Shown: positions 12,412 through 26,349 of the stretch, in pieces | How the letters are laid out: every line of letters starts with the position of its first letter | How positions within the stretch are numbered: position 1 is the first letter of the stretch | Source: Octopus vulgaris | Taxonomy: Eukaryota | NCBI GenBank assembly: GCA_951406725.2 | Contig: OX597825.1 | Coordinates: forward strand, 74,772,001 to 74,836,000 | Direction: 5' to 3' | Length of the DNA: 64,000 nucleotides | Translations under genes and position numbers: made by a program | The notes under the pieces: generated by a model | What the model saw: only the letters and a program-made list of their open reading frames with translations | What the model was told of the DNA's origin: nothing | The model's database searches: none

Positions 12412-13395
12412 CACTGGTCAGCGATTTTTGAAAAGTTGTGTGCTTCTTAAATGAGATTAGTATAATCCCATGTATTTTTATGCACTGAATCCAAATATCA
12501 CATTGAAAACTGCTTATTGACTATAGATTAAAAGATAAGCTGCATGTAATATTTAATTATTTCCTTAGAACGTACATTATGTGCCATTACATGGTTTAAA
12601 CTTTAGTCCATATCTACTCTGTTCCTTTTTGCTTCACGCTTGTAGTGGACTGAAGAATCATCTTTTGCCAACGTCCAGCGACAGTCTGCAAGCATTGTTG
12701 TGCTCCATTTACCCTGGTACCGCTACTTTTACATGGCTGAAATATCTTGGTGCATATGTGAGGAGCCCAGTTCTTATCCTGATCACCAATCTTGCATCCC
12801 AAATATAGGTGATATGCCTTTATGACCATATCAATTATACAGCTCTTCTGTGATGCAAAGATCACCCTACCACAAATTTAACAGAAGTTGTCTGCTTTAT
12901 TCACACAAGTACGAGGCATCTTGAAAGAAGAAAATAACAAACAATTAGAAGATAAACAAACAAAAATTATTCATAAATTTATCATTATCATATGGAGTAT
13001 GACAGCTTAGCAGAATTATTTATTTTATTCAGTAGGAAAATGAAATTAGTATAAAATGTCTCACATGCATATCAATAGCTTGCTCATTGAATATTTATTA
13101 TAAGTTTTAAAAAGTGTTTGGCTAGGAAAATTGCCTGCTTTTCAACTCAGAATGTTGACCTGGACAGCACAACTACCTCCTATGACTGCTGGAACAATAC
13201 TGAAAGGCAGTGAGACTATGAGTGTGGTAAGAAACGCTCAGCCGCAAGCGTGTTGGAACCTGTTGTGACACGAAGGTGTATCTTGAATAAGCAGAGCTAA
13301 CAAACAAATTTAACCATGATATTCATTATCGGCGACCTAAAATTAGTTGGAAATTTCTACTCTGGTCTCGGAAGCATTTTTGTTGGTGACCAGTG
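12412..13395 (-). mobile_element. Internally deleted Chapaev3-like DNA transposon
   Basis: CACTGGTCA.../...TGACCAGTG termini with 3-bp TAG duplication. Minus strand MPRTCVNKADNFC*ICG...KAYHLYLGCKIGDQDKNWAPHIC (from 12919) joins at ~12752 directly to the C-terminal HQDISAM..RYQGKWSTTMLADCRW (stop at 12603). Confidence 0.85.
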
Positions 13396-13411
13396 TAGTA
13401 TAATTCCTAGA

Positions 13412-13798
13412 GTGGAGGCGCAATGGCCCAGTGGTTAGGGCAGCGGACTCGCGGTCATAGGATCGCGGTTTCGATACCCAGACCGGGCGTTGCGAGTGTT
13501 TATTGAGCGAAAACGCCTAAAGCTCCACGAGGCTCCGGCAGGGGATGGTGGTGATCCCTGCTGTACTCTTTAACCACAACTTTCTCTCACTCTTACTTCC
13601 TGTTTCTGTTGTACCTGTATTTCAAAGAGCCGGCCTTGTCACTCTCTGTGTCACGCTGAATATCCCCGAGAACTACGTTAAGGGTACACGTGTCTGTGGA
13701 GTGCTCAGCCACTTACACGTTAATTTCACGAGCAGGCTGTTCCGTTGATTCGGATCAACCGGAACCCTCGTCGTCGTAACCGACGGAGTGCTTCCTCC
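13412..13798 (+). mobile_element. Full-length tRNA-Arg(TCG)-like SINE (octopus OR-type) with 12-bp TSD
   Basis: A box TGGCCCAGTGG, B box GTTTCGATACC; TSD ATAATTCCTAGA at 13400-13411 and 13799-13810. Confidence 0.9.
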
Positions 13799-14572
13799 AT
13801 AATTCCTAGATTTAAAAAGAAAACATGTACCGGGGTCGATCTGTTCGACTAAACCATTCAAAGCGATGCTCCAGCATGGCCTTAAGCACCCTACCTGAAA
13901 TAGATAAATCCCTGATATCACGCAGGAACATCATGGGCAATCAAAATTCTCCTGGCAATAAACAGCAACAAGAACAACAATTGACTGTTTATTCTAATAT
14001 TTCTACCATTTTTACAAAGCTATTTCCTGCACGCCATTTTTTTTTCTTCCATGTCCTTCTGAAATTTTATTTTGTCGTTCATTTTATTTTCGCTTAATTA
14101 CAGTCTCTTTATCTCCCACCAAAAAACAAAACGAAAATAAATAAAATCACTGAGTACGTTACATTGTCGCATTGCATTATGGGTGATGACAAATTCGTTT
14201 TTTAATTTTTTTTCATCTTATGCTTTTAACTGCAACATACTTCGTGTTGAATTTGCAGAAATTATAAAACATACAAACAGTTAAACAAGGAGTAAAATTT
14301 AAAACGATGAGTTTATTTGAAAAAGAAATACTTCTTGGTAATTAGCTTGTTAAAATAAAGCTAAAAAAATAATTTAATTTTTTGAAGAAAAACATTTCAG
14401 TGAAATATTTAAAAGTAGTGCTACTTCTAATTTATAAAATTATTTTCTTCTTTAATCCCAGTGAAATGCTACTTAAAGGATATCAAACACGCACATAGAG
14501 TAACGGATACTTCATTTAATTTTGACTGCTTTTTTTCTCTCTTATTATTTCTTCTTCTTTTCCCATAAACAC

Positions 14573-14719
<147 letters not shown>

Positions 14720-15612
14720 GAAAGGCAGTTTTTCTGTGCCTGGTGACAATAGCGAAAGAGGTAGTGTAGTGGACGAGGTGGGAAGAACTGAAGGCAAACA
14801 GAGATTTTCTAGCCATCTATCAGTAAGAATATATAAGGCAGCAGTTTTAGCACTGATTTTCATACGTTTAGCTTTTTCTATGCTTGTTTCCAGTACGTCT
14901 AATTCTGGGATTTTTTTTGGGGGGGGGGAATTCACTTAGATATTTCTTTGCCTGTTTTGTTACTGAGTATGATGTTTTCTTGATTTTGTGCTTTAAGACA
15001 AGTTTTAACATTCAGCCATCAGAGTTTTTCAGGTAGGTGTTTAGGCCAATTGTGGCAATCTTCATTGTTAATTCCTGTTGTACACGGCTACCCCTCTTTT
15101 CTTGACAGGTAAAGTCGCTCTATATCTGCCTTCTATGCATTGTCAACAATTTTCGCATTTTTCTGTCACGATTACATATTTCAGTAATTGACCAGTTAAT
15201 GATATTGAAACTGTAAGTCACGACTGGTATGGCTAAAGTATTGATTGCTTTGATCTTGTTTCTTGCATTCAGCTGTGTCTTGAGTATTTCCCTTGCCTTT
15301 TCTGATCCTTTCCCTCATCACTGAATGTTTGATTCCATCACCTTCAAATATCCCTGGGTATCTGTAGCTCTCAACATTCTGTTGGTCAAGGTTAACGTTG
15401 GATGTTTTTATCATTTTTCCTTTGATAAAGGGAGCTTTATCAAATTGCATCCTGATGTCATCACTGAATTGTTTAACAAGTACTAGTAAGCCCCGTAGTT
15501 GTTGGTCATTTTTTGCAAAGAGCTTCAAATCATCCATGTAAAAGAGATGATTTATATTTTTATCAAACATTTTATAGCCATATTGTACATCATCGAGCAA
15601 TTTCGAAACAAC
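14720..15612 (-). mobile_element. Dong/R4-type LINE RT/thumb fragment
   Basis: SKLLDDVQYGYKMFDKNINHLFYMDDLKLFAKN...FSDDIRMQF...YRYPGIFEGDGI (YMDD catalytic motif); frameshifted; ends at (AAT)n. Confidence 0.88.
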
Positions 15613-17635
15613 AAAACGTTTGTTGAAACCACCATCATTGCATGGGTTGGTTTTGTTAGCTTGTTTATGCCCCATTGGAGGCTCAATTTCGAAAAGAAGA
15701 TTTTCATTCTATTTTTAGGAAAATATAATTTTATAAACAAGTATCTTCTAAGGAAGATGTAAGAGTAAGTAAGATGTCGCTCTGATAGTGTGTTGCATGA
15801 CACATCAGACTCCTCTGCCTTCTACCCTCAAATGACAGATGAGGTGAACATTCTCCAGGTTCAAAGTCCGATGAACGACACTATCATTATGACGACAAAC
15901 AGAAGTAGCAACATCATAGAAAACACAACACAGGAATTTGATTCCAATTATGAAGTTGCTTTCCTCGCAATAAATGTGACAATACCAAAGACATCAACGA
16001 AGAGGGACAACAATAAGCCTACAGGCATGGACCTTACTCACTCCACCACCACTACTGCAACAACAAAAATGATAGAGGAAAACACAAAAACAATAATAGC
16101 TTCAACAACTTAAATGGCAACAATATTTCCAACGTGTATAACGATGACAACATCCCGAAAAATAACAACATATTCGCAACAACGGCTGCGAAAGGCACTG
16201 AACTATACAGGATAGATATCCTACAAAAAGACATATACCAGGTTGAAATGGCAAAACTGATCAGGCTGGCAAATTCACGGACGGACATTGCCATTTCCCT
16301 CTAGGTGTTGGCAGAAACGCATATAAAAGCCATAATTTATAAATGCGTTTCCATAAACACAAAGCGTTCGGAGACGGCTAGTCAGACAGATGTGGAAGGT
16401 GCGCTGAAAGAGATAATGCCCAACATATAGTGTATTCCGAGAATTAAGCAGTAGTCATGATGGGTATACTGGGTTTCGTATATTTTGCCACAGTGTCAGA
16501 GATGCACGTATCGTCAGTCACTAAGGGACATGGTCAACTAGTTAAGATCAAACAACTGACAAGCAAATCTATGTTATTGAGCAGAATATTTGCTGTAGCC
16601 CATCTTTTATACCAAGACAAATCAATGTACATGATAACACTTCCAATCAGTTAAGATCAGCACTCATGAGAGCCACTGTCTGGCACTGCATCGGGACATT
16701 TGATTATTATTATTATTATTATTATTATTATTTGGTTTCTGATTTAGGCAATTTTAAGAGGAAGGATTAAGTCGATACCATAGACCCCAAGTTGCATCTT
16801 ATTTTACCTGCTACAGAGGAATTGAAGGGCAAATTTGACTCCAAGGGCAATTTTGCCTTTCATCACTCTGAGGTCGACAAAATAAAGTACCAGTCAAGTA
16901 CTAGAGTCGAATAAACACTCACAATGGCCGGTCTGGGAATCGAAACCGGATTCTTACGACCGCGAGTCTGCTGCCCTAACCACTGGGCCATTGCGTCTCC
17001 ACGCTGCTGTTGTTGCTTACTGTAGTTGCTGGATTGAAAGAATCGTTAATGTGATGAACAAAATCCACTCCACCACTATTCTGAGCGAAACCCTGTGACT
17101 TTAATAAACAAGTCCCTTTGAGAGGTTTCTCTCTGGCACATATTACAGGGAGCTCCGTTCCACGTTTATGAATACACTTTATAATCGTTACACATAGCGG
17201 ACTTTTGATCTAAAGAGTATGTATTAGTCTAAAGTTATTCGTTTCTTAAGAACTTATCGCCTTTCTATCTCGTTAATTATCTTCATATGCCTTTCCCTCT
17301 CTTTCTATCCCATTCCCTTTGACCTCCCGCTTCTCTCTCTCTCACTCTCTCTCACTCTCTCTCACTCTCTCTCATTCACTCTCTTTCTCTTTTTCTTTCT
17401 CTTCTTCTTTATCTCTCCTTCTCTCTCTCATCTCTGGATATTATACCGCTCTCTTTATAACGTTCCTTCACCGTCTCTCCATTTTTGTCTCACTCTCGCA
17501 CATTTTATCGCTTTCTTTCTTTCCTTGTTTCTTTCTTTCTTTACTTTTCACCTAGACGCCTCACACCCCCAATCTGTCTCTTTCTCGTTCTCCCACTTTC
17601 CCCTCTCCCCCTATCCAACTCTCCCATTCTCTCTC

Positions 17636-17667
<32 letters not shown>

Positions 17668-17677
<10 letters not shown>

Positions 17678-18432
17678 CGTCATATATATATATATAATAT
17701 ATATATATATATACGCCAAAGAGGCATAACATACATACATAGATACATTTTACACGCACACACACATATATATACATAAGTACATGTACACATGCACACA
17801 CACTTATATAGTACGTATATTCATACATATACATACATACATACATGCTTACATACATATATACACACATACATACACACACATATGCATGAATGTATGT
17901 ATGTATGTATTATGTATGTATGTATGTATGTATGTATGTATGTATGTATGTATGTATGTATGTATGTATGTATGTATGTATGTATGTATGTATGTATGTA
18001 TGTATGTATGTATGTATGTATGTATGTATGTATGTATGTATGTTCATCTATCTATATATCTCTACCGCGTTACTGATAATATTACTAGACTAACTCTCAC
18101 GTCCATATTTCCAACATCAAGTAATATATATATACGTCATATATATATATATACGCCAAAGAGGCATAACATACATACATAGATACATTTTACACGCACA
18201 CACATATATATACATAAGTACATGTACACATGCACACACACTTATATAGTACGTATATTCATACATATACATACATACATACATACATATATACACACAT
18301 ACATACACACGCATATGCGTGAATGTATGTATGTATTATGTTTGTATGTATGTATGTATGTATGTATGTATGACTGTATGTATGACTGTATGTATGTATG
18401 ATTTTATGTATGTATGTAAGTATGTATGTATG

Positions 18433-18463
<31 letters not shown>

Positions 18464-18603
18464 GTATGTATGTATGTATGTATGACTGTATGTATGTATG
18501 ATTTTATGTATGTATGTATGTTCATCTATCTTTATATCTCTACCGCGTTACTGATAATATTACTAGACTAACTCTCACGTCCATATTTCCAACATCAAGT
18601 AAT
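17668..18603 (+). repeat. Tandem duplication of a ~460-480-bp unit containing (TATG)n
   Basis: TACGCCAAAGAGGCATAAC and CTACCGCGTTACTGATAATATTACTAGACTAACTCTCACGTCC...CAAGTAAT each occur twice; junction at ~18125. Confidence 0.9.
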
Positions 18604-18924
18604 CACATAAACAATTTAAAATGAACAAAGCAGATGTTTTCTGCAAATTTACTGTCGTTGTTGTTATTCCTTAAGGACATGTATATTTAATTTATTCCGT
18701 TCTCTGTGTAGAAGAGTTCTTAATATGAAACCATTCTTTAAAATGTTATTAGACAACACCTGCCTTGTTTTTCACATTATACTTCTTACACTCAACCAAA
18801 CTTCAAATACTGGAAATTATGAAGACAATACTTCCTTTTTCTATGTAAGTATGAAGCCTGAGATTTTTAATCTTAAAGATTTGGCTAAATGAGTTTGAAC
18901 TTTTCCCCGTATCATTCGCGCAGT

Positions 18925-19225
18925 GAAGGTGCTTGGCTTAGTGGTTAGGGGTACTCACCTCCCGATCGTAAGTTCGTGAGTTCGATACCCGGTAGTACGG
19001 TATGTCCCTGAACAAGACACTTTATTTCTCGTTGCTCCAGTTCACGCAGCTGCCGAAAATGAGTTGTACCTTTATTTCAAAAGATCAGTCTTGTCACATT
19101 CTGTGTGAAGCTGGATTTCCATGAGAACTGTGTTGAGTGTACGCGTATCTATGGAGCGCTCGGCCACATGCACGTTGATTTCACAGGAAGGGCTGTTCCA
19201 TTGATCGGATCAGCTGAAAAGCCAA
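18925..19225 (+). mobile_element. Diverged tRNA-derived SINE
   Basis: TGGCTTAGTGG...GAGTTCGATACC head; body similar to 13600-13770. Confidence 0.7.
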
Positions 19226-19250
19226 TTGACAATCCTGCTAGCTAGACAAT

Positions 19251-20198
19251 CCCAGTGCGTAACTAGTACTTAATTTATCGACCACGAAAGGATGAAAGGC
19301 AAAGTCGACCTCGGCGGAATTTGAACTCAGAACGTAGCGGCAAACGAAATACCAATTTCTTTACTACCCACAAGGGGCTAAACACAGAGGAGACAAACAA
19401 GGACAGTCAGACGGATTAAGTCGATTATATCGACCCCAGTGCGTAACTGGTACTTATTTTAATCGACCCCGAAAGGATGAAAGGCAAAGTCGACCTCGGC
19501 GGAATTTGAACTCAGAACGTAGCGGCAAACGACATACCAATTTCTTTACTACCCACAAGGGGCTAAACACAGAGAGGACAAACAAGGACAGTCAGACGGA
19601 TTAAGTCGATTATATCGACTCCACTGCGTAACTGGTACTTAATTTATCGACCCCGAAAGGATGAAAGGCAAAGTCGACCTCGGCGGAATTTGAACTCAGA
19701 ACGTAGCGGCAAACGACATACCAATTTCTTTACTACTCACAAGGGGCTAAATACAGAGGGGACAAACAAGGACAATCAGACGGATTAAGTCGATTATATC
19801 GACTCCAGTGCGTAACTGCTACTTAATTTATTGACCCCGAAAGGATGAAAGGCAAAGTTGACCTCGGCGGAATTTGAACTCAGAACGTAGCGGCAAACGA
19901 AATACCAATTTCTTTACTACCCACAAGGGGCTAAACACAGAGAGGACAAACAAGGACAGTCAGACGGATTAAGTCGATTATATCGACTCCAGTGCGTAAC
20001 TGCTACTTAATTTATTGACCCTGAAAGGATGAAAGGCAAAGTCGACCTCGGCGGAATTTGAACTCAGAACGTAGACGTAATACTACTAAGCATATCGCCC
20101 GGCGTGCTAACGTTTCTGCCAGCTTGCCGCCTTGTTTCTGCCAGCTTGCCGCCTTGTTTCTGCCAGCTTGCCGCCTTGTTTCTGCCAGCTCGCCGCCT
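19251..20198 (-). mobile_element. Tandem array of a SINE with a Meta/Nin-like central domain: one head plus four 184-185-bp units; head has a 22-bp x4 repeat
   Basis: GCGTAACT recurs at 19257, 19441, 19626, 19810, 19994; GTTTCTGCCAGCTTGCCGCCTT x4 at 20112-20198. Confidence 0.9.
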
Positions 20199-20495
20199 CT
20201 CCACACAGTTTCCATTTACTTAATTCCTTTGAGACTGCAGAATTCGAAGCTCTGCTAGCAGACATTTGCCTATGGTTCTGCGCAACAGGATGAAACCAGC
20301 AATCATGTATTTGTGACGCAAAACTCGTTAATCACGCAATAATGGTGACTGTGTCAACAGTTTTGTGCGGAAGAACAGAATTTTCTATGACTGCATAACA
20401 CTGTACACAGTTTATTTACTCACGTATGAGTGGTCGGGAGTGACACGAATCCTGTGTGCAATTCTGTTATATTGGTTCTGTGTTTATGTGAAAGA

Positions 20496-20497
<2 letters not shown>

Positions 20498-20526
<29 letters not shown>

Positions 20527-20594
20527 GGGGCGCGGTTGTGTACGTGTGTGTGTGACGCGCACGTATGTGTGCTTCTGCATGCTTGAGTATATAT

Positions 20595-20653
<59 letters not shown>

Positions 20654-20729
20654 CGCGGTTGTGTACGTGTGTGTGTGACACGCACGTATGTGTGCTTCTG
20701 CATGCTTGAGTATATATGAGTGTGTGTGT

Positions 20730-20768
<39 letters not shown>

Positions 20769-20862
20769 CGCGGTTGTGTACGTGTGTGTGTGACGCGCAC
20801 GTATGTGTGCTTCTGCATGCTTGAGTATATATGAGTGTGTGTGTGTGTGTGAGTGTGTGTGT
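20498..20862. repeat. Minisatellite, three ~115-123-bp units with (TG)n spacers
   Basis: GCGCGGTTGTGTACGTG...GTGCTTCTGCATGCTTGAGTATATATGAG at ~20530, 20653, 20768. Confidence 0.9.
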
Positions 20863-21191
20863 GTTGTGCGATAGTTGACAAATCGTATAATATATTCTGT
20901 TGTAGTGCAAAAGGGTTTTCAACTCTGTGCGTATATGTTTGAATGCGTGCGTGCGTGTGTGTTTGTGTGTGTGTGTGTGTGTGTATGTGTGTGTGTGTGT
21001 TTTGTGCGTATGCTTGACATTTTATGTGCATGTGCATGTTTTTGAAGAGGCAGATAGATAGATAGAGAGACATACAGACAAAGAGACAGATATATATATA
21101 TACATAAGATATAGATATGCATAATGTATGTATGGTTGTGTATATGTATACATATATATACATATATATATATATATATAAATAAATATTG

Positions 21192-21358
<167 letters not shown>

Positions 21359-21836
21359 ACACATATATATTACATGTATGTGTGGCTGCGCGTGTCTGTG
21401 TTAGTATTTTTCCTTTTTTTATTTTTATTTTTTTTGGAACGTCCTCATCCGAATAAATATTCAGATTCCAGCAGCGATGTATTGATTCTTGTGTCAAAGT
21501 AGAACAAGTTGCCTGCCTCTACAGACGGGAAGTTATCCTGATAATTTACCATTGTTCGCTTTCAAATGTTGTCTCTTCCAGCAGATGTAGAATCAATCCT
21601 TGATGCAAGACCTCTTCAAGTAAACAATACACATTCGAAGAACTCCAATAAATAACAATGGAAGACACTTTTGACAGAATACTCGGCAAAAATCTACTTG
21701 ACATCCATTTTGGTTGATGTGGTTTTCTTCTTGTGAACTGGTAACATATAAAAACATTAATAGAGAGAATGAGGGAGGGAAAGGGATGGAGAGAGAGAGA
21801 GAGAGAAAATAACATCAGATGACTAGATAGATAGAT

Positions 21837-21903
<67 letters not shown>

Positions 21904-21992
21904 GGTCTAGAATCTTAGTTGGGTAGACAAACAGGCAGACAAGCAGACACAAAGAGAGGGTGTGTGATCGTTCGAATGTTAGTTACCTGTGC

Positions 21993-22039
<47 letters not shown>

Positions 22040-22064
22040 TAGATTGACAGACAGACAGACAGAC

Positions 22065-22168
<104 letters not shown>

Positions 22169-22632
22169 TACATACATACATCTGCAAAATAACCTTGCGC
22201 TCTTTCACCTTTAAATAAATTTCTAGAAAGATTCTGTAACTGACCTTCTAATGTAAGTGCTTATGTATATGATCTTGTGATGTTAGAAGATATCAACTGA
22301 ATAGACACAAACAACTTAGAATCCCCAGATCGATCTCACTGTTTGGCAGTCTGGGGCAAGGAATGGTAGAACGATAGTTTGTGTCGACCCAAACTTTGTT
22401 AGTGAAATTAGATCGATGGCATAAACTGCGTAGCGGTCAATCTGATGGATTGTACTTCAAAAAGTTTTGATTTTTATAGAAATTATGTTCCGCTAATTCT
22501 ACCCGGGAATTATGTTAAAAGTACATGTGCCAGTGGAAACTGCGGGTTTTATAAATTAATTTAACAAGGAGGTTATTCAGCTGATCTAGTGAATTTGTGC
22601 TCATCGTCGAAGCCGATGTAGAATCCGTAATA

Positions 22633-23470
22633 CACTGAACCGCAAAAGAAACGCAAGACGTGTGTGACTGTGAAATGTTTTAATTTCATTATGTCAGAGA
22701 TAAATGTTGATAAATCTGATAAAGTCAATTTCTTGGATGCACTTTGACCACGGTGTATGGATCGTTGTCATGTGTTCTGGTAGTGGGCGGATCCAGCACA
22801 GCGAGATTGTAGGGTGTGACATGTTCAACACCGCGTATGCCCTCTCTGAGTGTTCAAAACGGCCATACACCGTCGGTACATGGAGTGAATGAGGCGGTTC
22901 ACAACTGTGCCCACACCCTGAGGAAAGCTGCTTCTAATTCCACACGAGTTGTCAGCCTTCGAACCACCTGGTTCAGCCTTCTCTGGATTTCATCCTACGG
23001 GTGTTCAATTGGGTCCAAATCCGGGCTTAGAGCCGGCCACAGCATGTTCCTGGCACTGTGTGGTAGCCCTGGCCATTTAGGAGGGAGCATTGTCCTGCTG
23101 GAACACATGGCTATGGTGACGCGCGAAGAAGAGCACGATGTGAGGTCTGAGGATCTGGTCAACGTAGCGCTGCGCTGTGATTCCATTCCCTCTGCCTGCA
23201 CCAACATTTTGGAACACATGGGACCCAATTCTCTGATTCAGGCCTATAGCACCCCAAACCATGATGCTTTGGTCACCCCACGCATCTCTCTCCATGACAC
23301 ATGCGTCTCTGTAACGTTCATCCCTCCTACGCTACACACTCACTCTGCTATCTGAGGCTCTCATCAGAGAAGACTGTCGACCTCTATTGTTGGTGCCGCC
23401 AACGTCGGTGCTGTGTAACCAGCTGTAGCTGTGCCTGCCGTTGACGGGCGGTGAGAACAGGCCCTTGAGC
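22633..23470 (-). mobile_element. Tc1-like transposon, 3' half with TIR, disrupted transposase
   Basis: SIMVWGAIG...ITAQRYVDQILRPHI...FQQDNAP and WPALSPDLDPIEH motifs; TA|CACTGAACCGCAAAAGAAACGCAAG terminus at 22631-22657. Confidence 0.9.
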
Positions 23471-25314
23471 TTTCTCTGCTAATTAAACTTTCAGTTAAAT
23501 GCTTTTCATTCTTACCATTCTCTTCTTTCTCTTCACCGCCATTCTATAATTCCTGGTTGCAAACAAATTTTATAAGTTATTTACGTCTCTTTTAATCGGC
23601 ACATACCAATGTTATGTTGTCTATGCAAACCTGTATATATTGCTGATGTCCCAGATCAAAACTTATGCCGTCTACGGAAGTCTGCACACATTTCCCTTTA
23701 ACTCTAATCAAGTTTTACATCGTCTGTAGATTCCCACATTGATAAAAAAAATATCTTCGTTCCTACGATTTGGAGTTTTGTTTTCATGTTGATAGGTTTT
23801 TTTATTCTCTAAAAACATTTTAATACTTTGGAAAAATAACAGCGCAGTTTCTCGTTTCTTACATCTAAAACGTGAGGCATTTGTAACAATGAAAACGTGA
23901 AGGAAAAGATTCTGAATTCTCCCGCTTCGCAACGGAAACGTTTTAAGATGTCACGTTTTTCTCTTCTCTTAAATGAAATTGTACTACGTCATAGAAAAAG
24001 TCGTGTTTTCCTTTACCTAAGCGGCTGAAATATGATCAAGGATAACCTTATGGGGTTGGGCATGTTTGCTTTCTCTCGTAAATGTTGTTGCCAAAAATGT
24101 GACACAAATCAATCCGAAGATCTAGTCTTCGTTGATGCCACGGTGCTAATAATAAATACATAATACTATTAAAACAAATATTAATTAAAGCAGAATTAGA
24201 TCAGAGACAGACTGGACGGGAAACATTTATAAATAGTTGGATTAGAGCTGGAATGGTTTCAGTAACTTCATACACCTTATATCTTTCTGTACCGTGTCTC
24301 CTCTTTTTGATTTGTGATTGCACTTTGGAGAGACTGTCGAAAGAAAAACAAATAAGCCGCTTTAATTTGATGGATTGCTCAAGAAAACTTTCTCCTGAGC
24401 CAAACCATTTGAAGAGGATGCTGTCTGCAAAGAAATCAGATTGACTGAAATTCCGTGATGTATTATAAAATGTTCTGAACTCTCATTGTGAAATATAATT
24501 ACGTATAATTTTCCTGCCAAAAGTCTATTCGAAATTAGCACTCCTTGAATTATTATCTTTATTTTTGTCTTATTTTTTCCAATTTTTTTACTTCTTTCCA
24601 AACGACAGACATATACATTTATTACAATGGTTATTATATAAGATTTTTTTTTAATCCTCGTCTCCTTTCGTGATTATCCTTTTGTTTGAACGATCGCAAT
24701 TAAATTTGGAAACTTCAAAAAAATGATTTTCAGAGCCCAATGTTAAGCTACGATTTTGACTGCCAAGTTATTCATAATAGCGAGAATGTGTTATTAATTC
24801 GTTAACGTCTGTGATCAATATTTAAATGTGTAAGATGAGTTGACGGTAATAAGATTATGATTTTCCAGACTATTAACCTCGTCTTTGGAGTGTATATTTA
24901 CACTATTTATATCTACAGGACGTTTTAGTAAGTTTGATCTCTGATCGCCATCAAGTATCTTGGGTGTCTAGTTCCAGTATCCCCTGGGACTATGTACACA
25001 TCCAGAAATAAGACATCTCATGATGATCGAAACGTAGTGTGCCAATACACTTTGTAAATACACGTTCTGTAGACGAGGTTAATTGTCCGTAAAGTTTATA
25101 AGCTTGTGTACAGCCAATGTGCAGTCCATGAGCTTTACATTATATGATAAATCCTCCAATGTAAATAGCTCTGTCTTTCAATTCACCTTGAACTTTTTTT
25201 TAACTGAATCGGGGATGTTTGGTTAATTAGATAATCATTCATTTAAATAGAGATAATTTACGACACAACACAAGAATTCAAGATAGCGATAAATTTATAA
25301 ATGTAAACATATAT

Positions 25315-25369
<55 letters not shown>

Positions 25370-25472
25370 TGTGTGTGTTTGTGTGTATGTTTGTGGTGTA
25401 TGTATGTATTAGTTTACACATACTTCCACACTCACATACAGATAGGTAAATAGATAGATGTTTATATTTTTA

Positions 25473-25560
<88 letters not shown>

Positions 25561-25564
<4 letters not shown>

Positions 25565-25898
25565 GGCGCGTGGCTCAGTGGTTAGAGCGTCGAGCTTACG
25601 ATCGTGAGGTTGTGAGCTCGAATCCCGGACCGGGCTGCGTGTTGGGTTCTTGAGCAAGACAATTTATTTCACGTTGCTCCAGTTCACTCAGCTGTAGAAA
25701 TGAGTTGCGACGTCACAGGTGCCAAGCTGTATCGGCCCTTGCCTTTCCCTTGGACAACATCGGTGACGTGGAGAGGGGAGGCCGGTATGCATGGGCGACT
25801 GCTGGTCTTCCATAAAAAAACAACCTTGCCCAGACTTGTGCCTCAGAGGGTAACTCTCTAGGTGCAAACCCATGGTCAGTGTCTGACCGAAGGGGGTC
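25561..25898 (+). mobile_element. Full-length tRNA-Arg(ACG)-like SINE
   Basis: TGGCTCAGTGG A box, B-box-like CTCGAATCC; same family as 63259-63562 and 31597-31935. Confidence 0.88.
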
Positions 25899-26155
25899 AC
25901 AAAACAAATATATATGTGTGTGTATACACATTGAATAATTTATTCGTATCTCCATATCTCTAAATACATACATACACATATTATATATATGTTATATATG
26001 TTGTGTGTGATTATGCGGGCGTGTTCTGAACATAAATCTCTTTGAAAAGTTTCTCTGAAATAAATACGACACCGAGCTCTTTTCTACCTTCGAACATTAT
26101 AAATGTTACACACATCTTTACATACATGCATGTATATGCATATATATCTGTGTGC

Positions 26156-26207
<52 letters not shown>

Positions 26208-26349
26208 TGCGTGTGGATGAATATTCTTTCTTTCCTCTTAATGCTAACACCTTACCTTTAATCACATCTTAAACCCGACTGACCTCGGATACAACAAAAA
26301 CTATAGGAAGATAATCAACAATATATTTCTTTCTGTGTTTTTTTTTCTT

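Larger units (their letters stand above)
12076..13880 (+). mobile_element. Old microsatellite-bearing SINE split by two later insertions
   Basis: Head and body at 12076-12411, tail resumes at ~13811-13880 (GGGGTCGATCTGTTCGACTAAA...CTCCAGCATGGCC). Confidence 0.7.

Noticed and set aside
13412-13490. tRNA gene
   Set aside because: tRNA-like head continues into a SINE body with TSD; no proper acceptor stem. Same for 25561 and 63259.
19251-20198. CRISPR-like array
   Set aside because: Units are contiguous near-identical SINE segments without unique spacers; eukaryotic context, no cas genes.
22816-23355. 179-aa plus-strand ORF
   Set aside because: Antisense shadow of the Tc1 transposase.
25018-25045. 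ATGATGA-TC-GAAACGTA hammerhead-like string
   Set aside because: No stem II and C3 missing.
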